A DNA stretch of 64,000 nucleotides, from the sequence record MW373745.1. One strand, 5' to 3'. The position numbers and the translations under genes were made by a program. Under the pieces are notes generated by a model that was not told the DNA's origin, searched no databases, and was given only the letters and a program-made list of their open reading frames with translations. Shown here in pieces: positions 1-8,700 of this stretch (position 1 is the stretch's first letter; each line of letters begins with the position of its first letter).

Positions 1-17
1 TCAAAGATAAATTAGCT

Positions 18-437
18 TTGGATTATCAAAAATGTTTAAAATATTCATTTTTTAAAATGCCTGATATTAATGAATTAGCTGATAATATTAAAGACGTTTT
101 AGACTCCATTAAACCAGAAAATGTTTATGTTCACCATCCAAAAGATTTGCATCAAGATCATAATACTATTACAAAAGCAACCCTAATAGCTGCTAGAATG
201 AATAGAAATGATTATATTAAATCTTTAAGTTATTATTATGTTGAAAATCCATTTGAATTAAAAGCTTGTGAATTTAAAAAAATAGATAAAGATGAAAAAC
301 TTAAGTTTTTATCTAAATATAAAAAGTATATACCAGAAAATCATATCAAAACTATTTTAGCTTTTAATGAGTTCGTAGGGATTTATAGCAATTTAGGTTT
401 TGCGGAGCCGTTTGAAGTTGTTTATAAGCGTTCTTAA
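18..437 (+). CDS. PIG-L/LmbE-family deacetylase, C-terminal part (frame is open upstream to the window edge)
   Basis: VYVHHPKDLHQDH motif, typical of the PIG-L HxDH signature. Confidence 0.7.
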   Translation: MDYQKCLKYSFFKMPDINELADNIKDVLDSIKPENVYVHHPKDLHQDHNTITKATLIAARMNRNDYIKSLSYYYVENPFELKACEFKKIDKDEKLKFLSKYKKYIPENHIKTILAFNEFVGIYSNLGFAEPFEVVYKRS

Positions 438-469
438 TTACATTAAATCTAAGAAAACCAAGGAAAATA

Positions 470-1015
470 ATGAGTGAAATTATAATGATTCACGAAGTAA
501 ATGATAAAGTTCTCAAAGCTGTAGAATCTTTAGACCCAGACAGCATAATCACATTTGATGATGGTTTATATACACAATTTCATTATAGAAGTCATTTTGC
601 GTTATTTAAACGTGTTATATTCTTTGTAAATCCGTCCATAATTTGCGAATCTTCCGAGAAACAATCTAAAGAGTATATACAGTGCTATAACGCCCATAAA
701 AAGGCATTTAAAGGCTGTTTTGAAAATTATATGACATTAGATCAAATTCAGCAAATTTCAAGGGAAAATATGTATAATTTTGAAATAGGTTCACATTCTT
801 ATAATCATAAATATTTTAAAGATTCTAAATCTTTAATAAAAGATATTCAAGATTCTTTAGATTTTTTTGAGAATCATAATATACCTATTAAATCATTTTG
901 TTTTCCGTATAATCAAGATTCGAGAAACCCACATTTTACCCAAGCAGTTAAACTAAAGTTTAAAGATTTGGATATTTTTGGTAATAACAGAGTACCTATC
1001 GAATCTAAGTTCTAA
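470..1015 (+). CDS. Polysaccharide deacetylase (NodB homology)
   Basis: ITFDDG, EIGSHSYNH and FCFPY motifs of CE4 deacetylases. Confidence 0.8.
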   Translation: MSEIIMIHEVNDKVLKAVESLDPDSIITFDDGLYTQFHYRSHFALFKRVIFFVNPSIICESSEKQSKEYIQCYNAHKKAFKGCFENYMTLDQIQQISRENMYNFEIGSHSYNHKYFKDSKSLIKDIQDSLDFFENHNIPIKSFCFPYNQDSRNPHFTQAVKLKFKDLDIFGNNRVPIESKF

Positions 1016-1081
1016 ATATTAAATATTAGACTAAAGTCTTAGATTTTAGACTTTAACAATACAGCAAATTAAGGAGCTTAA

Positions 1082-1717
1082 GTGAAAAATATTAAAGTTA
1101 AATTAATAGCAGATTCTGGTATCAATGTTTTTATTGACGCTGTCAGAACTTGCTGGGATAGTCATAGTAAATGTGATACTAATGGTGATAATGTAGGAGA
1201 AAATGATAAAGCATTAATAGATAGAATAGTACACAAACATAAACACCATTCTACATTAGAACATTTGTTTTATAATTTTGAAATCACAGGAATTTCAAGA
1301 CTTTGTTTGCAAGAGTTGGCAAGACACAGAATGGCTTCATTCAGTGTTAAGAGTACAAGATATACACTAAAAGAACTTAGAGGTGCTGATATTTCTACAT
1401 TAGAAGATGCAAGTAAGTTTATTGTTTTAACTGATAATGAATTAGTAGATGCTGCAAGCCACAAAAACTTAAAAGAACTTCATAACATAGTCAATACAAA
1501 CGGTATTACCCAAGACTACGCCAAGTATTGTTTACCAGAATGTTACAGAACTTCATTAAGATTTTCTTTAAATGCTAGAAGTTTAAGAAATCTATTAGAA
1601 CTAAGATTATCTAAAGGTGCTCATTTCGAGATTCGGTATTTGGCTAAATTGTTGTTTGATGCATTACCAGATCTACACAAAGAATTAATTTTCAATGATT
1701 TAGAATATTCAGAATAA
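1082..1717 (+). CDS. thyX: Flavin-dependent thymidylate synthase
   Basis: RHRMASFSVKSTRY matches the RHRx7SxR ThyX motif; HHSTLEH; NARSLRNLLELR. Confidence 0.95.
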   Translation: MKNIKVKLIADSGINVFIDAVRTCWDSHSKCDTNGDNVGENDKALIDRIVHKHKHHSTLEHLFYNFEITGISRLCLQELARHRMASFSVKSTRYTLKELRGADISTLEDASKFIVLTDNELVDAASHKNLKELHNIVNTNGITQDYAKYCLPECYRTSLRFSLNARSLRNLLELRLSKGAHFEIRYLAKLLFDALPDLHKELIFNDLEYSE

Positions 1718-1732
1718 ACATAAGGAGTTAAA

Positions 1733-1987
1733 ATGTATGTTACAAAAGAAGTAGACGTAGAAGTTGAAGTTGAATTAGATGAATTTAAAGACAATGACGT
1801 CTTAAGATATGCTAGGGATTTAATTGAAGTCGATAAATCTAAAATAGTATTTTTTGAGGGTCTTATAGAACCAGAATTTAATTTTGATTTTTTAAATGAT
1901 TTATATAATATAGAATACAAAAAAAATTATTTTGAATCATTTCCTAAGCATAAAAAATTAATTGATTTCATAAAAGCTAATTATTGA
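1733..1987 (+). CDS. Hypothetical phage protein
   Basis: SD AAGGAG before ATG, same strand as its neighbours. Confidence 0.6.
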   Translation: MYVTKEVDVEVEVELDEFKDNDVLRYARDLIEVDKSKIVFFEGLIEPEFNFDFLNDLYNIEYKKNYFESFPKHKKLIDFIKANY

Positions 1988-2022
1988 TTTTAAAGGCTTA
2001 GAGCTAAGAACCAAGGATTTTA

Positions 2023-3132
2023 ATGAACGTTTTATATAATAATGAATATATTGATTTTACAAAAGAACCTTTATTTTTTGGAACAGGTAAAAACTCACAA
2101 AGATATGATGTTATAAAATATCCTATCTTTGAAACTTTGTTTAAGAAAATGGCTGGTTTTGATTGGCAAGAAGATGAAGTACAGTGCACTAAAGATCAAG
2201 CAGATTTCAATATCTTAAATGAAGCAATGAAACATTCTTATACTAGAGTGTTAAACAAGTTAATTTTCTTAGATTCTATTCAAGGCAGGGGTTTATTACA
2301 AACTATTGGATCTATTGTTACTAACCCAGAACTAGAAGTTTGTATGACAGAATGGCAAAGATTTGAAATTTCAAGACATTCAAGAAGTTACACTCATATT
2401 CTTAGATCTGTTTATGCTAACCCAAGTAAGATATTTGATGAATCTTTTGAAATACCAGAATTATTAGAACTTGCAGATAGTATTTCAAAACCATATGAAG
2501 AAGCTTTTGAAGCTGTAACAAAGTATCATTTAGGATTAATAGATACTGAAGAAGTTAAAGTAAAAGTTCTTAATATGTTAGTCGAAATTAATATATTAGA
2601 AGGTGTTAGATTTTATTCTGGTTTTGCGACAATTTGGAGTATGCATTATAGCCAAGGGTTAATGGAAAGAACTGGCAAGATTTTACAATTAATTTGTAGA
2701 GATGAAAACCTACACTTAGCAATAACTCAAAATCTAATTAAGATATTGTCAAGATCTCCTGAAGAAGGCTTTATAAATGCTTGGAATTCTATTAAAGATA
2801 ATATAACTGATAGATATTTAGAAGCTGCTGATCAAGAGTTTAAGTGGATTGATTATTTGTTTAGTAAAGGTGCTTTCTTAGGTATGACACCAGAATTAGC
2901 CAAGAATTATATTAAATATCTTATTAATAAAAGATTAAAAGCTATTGGATTCAAAGAAGTTTTTGCTGGGTTTAATAAGAACCCTATACCTTGGGTGGAA
3001 ACATATATTAATTATGATAAAAATGAAGTTCTCCCGCAAGAATCTGAAATAACAAATTATAAAATGGATATTTTAGACACTGAAATTAAAGATTCTGCTT
3101 TTGAAAGACTTAAGAAGAAATTAAAAATCTAA
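2023..3132 (+). CDS. nrdB: Ribonucleotide reductase class Ia beta subunit
   Basis: Di-iron ligand motifs (FLDSIQ, EISRHSRSYTHI, LEGVRFYSGF, RDENLH); C-terminal PQESEI. Confidence 0.95.
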   Translation: MNVLYNNEYIDFTKEPLFFGTGKNSQRYDVIKYPIFETLFKKMAGFDWQEDEVQCTKDQADFNILNEAMKHSYTRVLNKLIFLDSIQGRGLLQTIGSIVTNPELEVCMTEWQRFEISRHSRSYTHILRSVYANPSKIFDESFEIPELLELADSISKPYEEAFEAVTKYHLGLIDTEEVKVKVLNMLVEINILEGVRFYSGFATIWSMHYSQGLMERTGKILQLICRDENLHLAITQNLIKILSRSPEEGFINAWNSIKDNITDRYLEAADQEFKWIDYLFSKGAFLGMTPELAKNYIKYLINKRLKAIGFKEVFAGFNKNPIPWVETYINYDKNEVLPQESEITNYKMDILDTEIKDSAFERLKKKLKI

Positions 3133-3313
3133 ATTTAATGCTTTGATGATATTTACTAGATCTGTAGTATTAAACTTAGTTCGTTTGTACTTTAGATCTA
3201 AATTTAACACTAAGTGTAAACTTCTAAGCTTGATAAATGTATAAAATATTTAAAAAAATAATTTTATTTTAAGTTTATTATTATAAAATTATATAAAATT
3301 AAAAGGAGCAAAA

Positions 3314-3721
3314 ATGAAAGATTTAACAACAAAGTTTATTAATATTATGTTGAATAACAGCTACGATGAAGCTCTACACAACAAAATACAAGAAAAATTA
3401 TTTAGTTCCGATTTACAATGTTCAAATTGTGACACAGGTTTTGAATCATTTAGACTTGAACTCAATTGTTCAATTGATGAACTCAAATCAAAATTATTAG
3501 GTTGTGGATATCTTGACGACACTGACGAGGATTTGTGGGACTTTTTTAAGTTAAAAGATTCTGATGGTGATTCACAATGGGATAATTACGTTTACAGTTT
3601 ACCTTCATCTATAAGAGAGTTAAGCAGCACTACATTTAGAATTAAAGACGGAAATACTATTGTTTTCTACGATATGGTTTGGGGTAACGAACAAACTTGC
3701 CATTTGACTTTTAAGAACTAG
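3314..3721 (+). CDS. Hypothetical phage protein
   Basis: SD AAGGAG and upstream TTTAAG...TAAAAT promoter-like sequence. Confidence 0.6.
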   Translation: MKDLTTKFINIMLNNSYDEALHNKIQEKLFSSDLQCSNCDTGFESFRLELNCSIDELKSKLLGCGYLDDTDEDLWDFFKLKDSDGDSQWDNYVYSLPSSIRELSSTTFRIKDGNTIVFYDMVWGNEQTCHLTFKN

Positions 3722-3789
3722 TAAATATTACACTTTAGTGTTAACGAACTTAAACGACACTAAAGTGTAAACTTCTAAGTTTGCTAGTA

Positions 3790-4938
3790 CTATTGAATAT
3801 CAGTATCCTTGAATCTTGATAAAATCAATTTTGTAATATAAAATTGTGAACTTTCTATTTTATCTATAAACCCAGTTAAAATATACTCACCAGAAATTTT
3901 AGTGTCTCCTTCTTGTGTTTCATTAGTATTTTCGTTAGATTTAAATAATACTTTGTATTTTGTGAATATTTCTGGTGCCTTAACAACTCCAGGTACTACT
4001 AATTCTAACTTAGAATAATCTAAAAACGATTTATAAGTATCAGCAAAAATATTATCATCGTACAAATATTCTTGAGCTTGATATTCAAAACCATCGTGAT
4101 CTTGAGATTCTACTGGAACATCGAAATCTAAATCTTCAAGATTAATTTTCATAACTTTCATTGTTTTAGTAGCTTTATCAAATGCGATTATTTGTGATTT
4201 CGGTAATTTCAGAGCTTGGTTTGTGTTTATAATCTTCCTAGATAAAATATCATAAGGGTTGTTAGGATCTTTTTTAAAATCATCATATTGTATATTTTGA
4301 AGTTTTAAATTATTTGGTTTGAGTTCTTTATAAGGTTTCATAATAATTTTTTGTTTATCTTGAAATAATATCAATCCTTGTCTATCACATTCTTCAAATA
4401 TGAAATCCAATACAGATTTTCGTGAAGTTAAAACGAAGTTTTCAATTACGATGTTGCTAGATAATTCCAATTTAACAGAATCTGGATTATATTTTAATTT
4501 TGGTTTAATATAAGTATCATATATATCTTTAAAAATATCTGAAAGTTTTTTATTTTTATATGTTTTAGCTATATATAATTTACTAAACAAATAAGATATT
4601 AAATCTTGACCTTGTATTGTAAAACTGGATTTATCAGTTGTTTGAGTTTTATTATTTTTAACAACTTGAAACTCTCTTCTATAGTAACCTTCACTAGCAT
4701 CTAATATAAAAGGAATAAATCGCATATCGCCGGATTGATCTAAATAGTATTGTAAATCCGTGGTACCATTGACTGTAAAATAAGACAAGATGATAAAACC
4801 ATTGAATGAGATTTCACCAGATTTTGTTTCTCCAGTTTTTAATTCAAGTGATTTACTTGATTTATTATTAAGAATAGATAAAGTAAAATCTTTGACATCA
4901 CAAGCGTGAGAAAATAGACTTTGAGTTCCCGGATTCAT
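3790..4938 (-). CDS. Probable baseplate hub protein (T4 gp27-like fold)
   Basis: Size, KTYKNKKLSDIF and C-terminal ISGEYILTGFIDKI...TKLILSR pattern; sits in a structural operon. Confidence 0.5.
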   Translation of the reverse strand: MNPGTQSLFSHACDVKDFTLSILNNKSSKSLELKTGETKSGEISFNGFIILSYFTVNGTTDLQYYLDQSGDMRFIPFILDASEGYYRREFQVVKNNKTQTTDKSSFTIQGQDLISYLFSKLYIAKTYKNKKLSDIFKDIYDTYIKPKLKYNPDSVKLELSSNIVIENFVLTSRKSVLDFIFEECDRQGLILFQDKQKIIMKPYKELKPNNLKLQNIQYDDFKKDPNNPYDILSRKIINTNQALKLPKSQIIAFDKATKTMKVMKINLEDLDFDVPVESQDHDGFEYQAQEYLYDDNIFADTYKSFLDYSKLELVVPGVVKAPEIFTKYKVLFKSNENTNETQEGDTKISGEYILTGFIDKIESSQFYITKLILSRFKDTDIQ

Positions 4939-5633
4939 TAGAACCTACCAAATACATCATCAGAATTTGTATAAAAATCTTTTGTTTCTTGTTGTTGTTT
5001 ATCTTTAATAGAACTCAATTCATCGAAATATTTTTCAAGCTCGTTATGCATATCTGTATTAGGTGTTTGCTTGTCTAATAATTCGTCAGATCTAATAACA
5101 AAATCACTTTCAAGTTCATCAGATTTTTTAAATACATAAGTTTTACATTTAAATTTATAAACATTTTTATATTGATTATAAAGAAATACGTTATTTAACC
5201 CAAAACAATCTAACGTAATTTCGGTAATTTCAAGAATCTTTCCACTTGGAACGATTATTAAAGATCCTATTAAATCGTGAATTCTGGAATCTGGTAAAGT
5301 TACATCGTATTCATTCTTAGAATTCATTGAAGATTGAACTAAATTAAATGTGGAAATTTTAGAAACATATAAACCTATACTTGTATCTAATGGGACACCA
5401 AATTGTGTTTGCAATCTTTCATATTGGTCAAACTCTTCTGAATTTTCTGGCATACCAAATATTTCAAAACAAGCTCTATTGTCCGCTTTAAAATGACTAA
5501 AATCACCAAATGTTAAATCCCTGTTAATTTTTTTGGTAATGATTAATTTAAGTGGAGCACCATAAAGTCTAATGAGTTCTTCGGTAACAGATCCACTCAG
5601 ATCATATTCATTAGTATGCTGGTTAAAATTCAA
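4938..5633 (-). CDS. Neck/head-completion protein (T4 gp14-like)
   Basis: N-terminal EELIRLYG motif, size about 230 aa, late-promoter-like motif upstream. Confidence 0.6.
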   Translation of the reverse strand: MNFNQHTNEYDLSGSVTEELIRLYGAPLKLIITKKINRDLTFGDFSHFKADNRACFEIFGMPENSEEFDQYERLQTQFGVPLDTSIGLYVSKISTFNLVQSSMNSKNEYDVTLPDSRIHDLIGSLIIVPSGKILEITEITLDCFGLNNVFLYNQYKNVYKFKCKTYVFKKSDELESDFVIRSDELLDKQTPNTDMHNELEKYFDELSSIKDKQQQETKDFYTNSDDVFGRF

Positions 5634-5655
5634 TTTTAAAGCCTCATTTTTGATA

Positions 5656-5683
5656 TATTTATTTTAAGTAATCAAAATAAATA
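5656..5683. promoter_or_regulatory. Back-to-back late-promoter-like AAATAAATA elements (minus 5656-5664, plus 5675-5683)
   Basis: Resembles the T4 late consensus TATAAATA; also at 11100 (exact), 16034 and 22812. Confidence 0.5.
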
Positions 5684-5700
5684 AAATCAAAAGGTTCAAG

Positions 5701-8700
5701 ATGGACAGCACAGATAATTCTAAAGTTACAAGTATTGAAACAAATCAATATATAAAAAATCCAAAATATACTACAAAGGAAGCTATTGATAAATTTGTTC
5801 ACCTATTGATCCTGGGTAGATACACTGAAAAAGATTTATCAGATGCTTTGAACTATTGCTTAATACGTAGTACAGAAAGTTTTGACAGCATAGATTCTAT
5901 AAAAAAAGCTATAGAAGAACTTAAGAAAGATTCAGAAGCTTTTAAAATATTCATAGATAATACAAATAAACTTTTAGATGCTATCCAAGATATTAATAAA
6001 GAACAAACTGCTGAAATTGATAAAATTAATGAATTCTTAAAAACAGCAGTAACTTTAGATACTGAACAGACTATTGTAGGAACTAAAACATTTAATAAGA
6101 TTTATGTTCCAAATCCTACAGAATCTAAACAAGCTGCTAACGCTCAGTATGTTATAGATTATGTTAAAGATCAATTAAGTAAAACTATTGGAGATTTAAA
6201 TAATTTAAAAACTGAATCTAAAGATTTAATTATTAATGCTATTAACGAAGTTCTTGACAATTTAAATGCTTATAAAGAAACTATAAATGAAACTGCTATT
6301 AATCAAATGATTGATACTAAGTTAAATCCATTAATAGAAAGAATCACGACAATTGAATCTACTGCGGATTACACCAAAGAATTAGCAGAAGCTAATAAGC
6401 AAGCTATTGAAGATTTAAATACAAAAGTAGTTGATAATACTAGTGATATAACGGATATCAATAGAAGACTTGAAGAAGCTGTTTTCTATAGTAAAATTGA
6501 TGATACTCGCAAAACTATACAACTTAAAAATTATGATAGCATTTCCGGTGTTAGTACTACTGGTGAAGGTATCAATATTGCTATGGTTTCTAAATGGGAT
6601 AAAGTAGATTTAGGATCTACCCAAATTCCTATTAACTTAAATGGGTCAGAAACCAGACCAACTTATAACGATTCTAAAGAAATAGCTTTAATGGATGATG
6701 TTAAGTTGAAAGCAGATGCTAGCAATGTTTATAATAAATCTGAAATTGATACTAAATTAGATACTAAAGCAGATTCAAATACAGTTTATAATAAAGAAGA
6801 TTCTGACGCTAGATTTGTTAGTTTAACTGAGAATCAAAACATTCAAGGCAATAAAGTTATAGAAGGTATTTGGGAATTTAATGGAATATTGTCTAAACCA
6901 AAACAATTAGCAACTACCGAATATGTGGTAAATTATGCTAAAACATATGCTAACCAAAAAGTCGGAGATTTGGCAAGTCTTAAAACAGAAGCTAAAGATA
7001 CAGCAGTGTCTGCTATCAACGAATTATTTGATAAGATTGAATCTGGTAATACAGATGAGCCAGTTGATACTTATACAAAACAAGAAATAGATGCTAAATT
7101 AGAAACTAAAGCAGATGTTGACAATGTTTATAATAAATCTGAAATTGATTCAAAACTTGATCTTAAAGCAGACGCTGGCAGTGTCTATAACAAATCAGAG
7201 ATTGATCATAAATTTGAAAACATAACTATTGATGATATTAATTATGCGAAGTTAGGTGAGGAAAATACTTTTATTCAAGAACAAAACATAAAACAAGTAA
7301 ATATAAGTGATGAACCTACACTAGATACCCATGTAATTACTTTAAAATATTTTAAAGATAATTCTAGTGGTGGTATTTCTCCAGCTGATTATGTAACCAA
7401 GACTGAATTTACAAGTGGTATTAATAACAAAGCTGATAAAAATCATACACACGTTGTAGCTGATATAACAGATTTAAATTTAGATAGACTTGCTACAAAA
7501 GAAGAAACATATACTAAACAAGAAATAGATAATAAAATAGATGCAATAGTACCACCTGAAATTGACTTAACTCATTATGCAAAGAAAGATGCAGCTAATA
7601 TTTTTACAAAAGCTAATACTTTTACAGAAGCACCTTCGGTAGAAGTAGATGCAACACTAGATAATCACGTTATTAGAAAAAAACAATTTGACAATAGCAT
7701 AAAAGAAATAAATGATAAAGTTAAATCTGTTGTTGGTGATTTAAATTCATTAAATAATGAAGTTTCTAAAGATAATTTAGTTAATGCTATAAATAGTGTG
7801 GATGATAAGTTCAAAACAACGGCTAAAACTAATGAATCAAATACATTTACAGGGGATCAAACTTATTTAGACAATATTTTACTAGAATCTGTTCCTTCTG
7901 AAAGAAATCACGCAGTTAATTTGGGATATATTTTAGACAATCCTGGAGGTATAAAACTCCCTGATCATACAGCACTTACACAGAATTCTGTTACAGAAAT
8001 AACTTTTGGATATGCAAATCCAGTATCATATTCTGCACAAACATTAAAAAATGTATTCTTAAAAGACATTATAGGTAATGATTATAAAGCTATTATGGCA
8101 GATAATAAGTCTTTTACAGTAAGCCCTTCAGAAGAAACAGTTGTAATATTATCTAGAGTAGATTATTTAAACAATATAGATTTTAAGTTTGATATTACTA
8201 AAACTTCAGAGCAACTTAAAGAGTATGAGCTTAAAGAAGGTGAAGTAAGAGTTATATTATCTTATGATACTGTTTCTGTTTATAGTAACGGTTACGGATA
8301 TGGAGCTATGTTTTCTAGAAACGCTAATAAAAAAGACGGAGATTTAATATATGATTATTATTTTGGAAGTCAAAATGATATAACAAATAATAGAAAAGTA
8401 TCTATAAAAATAGATAAACTTGGCATTAATACTCCGGATATTGTAAGTATATCTATGACCACAAATGGTTCAGAAAAACTTACAGTTAAAACTGATGAAC
8501 TAAATCCTATAGAAAACATTTATGATTCTGCAGATATGACTTATATTCATACTCCTGTAAGCAAAACTGTAGGAGATGTTCTGTATAGTAATATATCTCA
8601 AGCAATCAAATCAATACATTTATTAGAAAATAATATATGTTCTTTAAAGCCTGCAGATATGGAATTACAACTTGTAAGACTTAAAGAATTTAAACAAACA

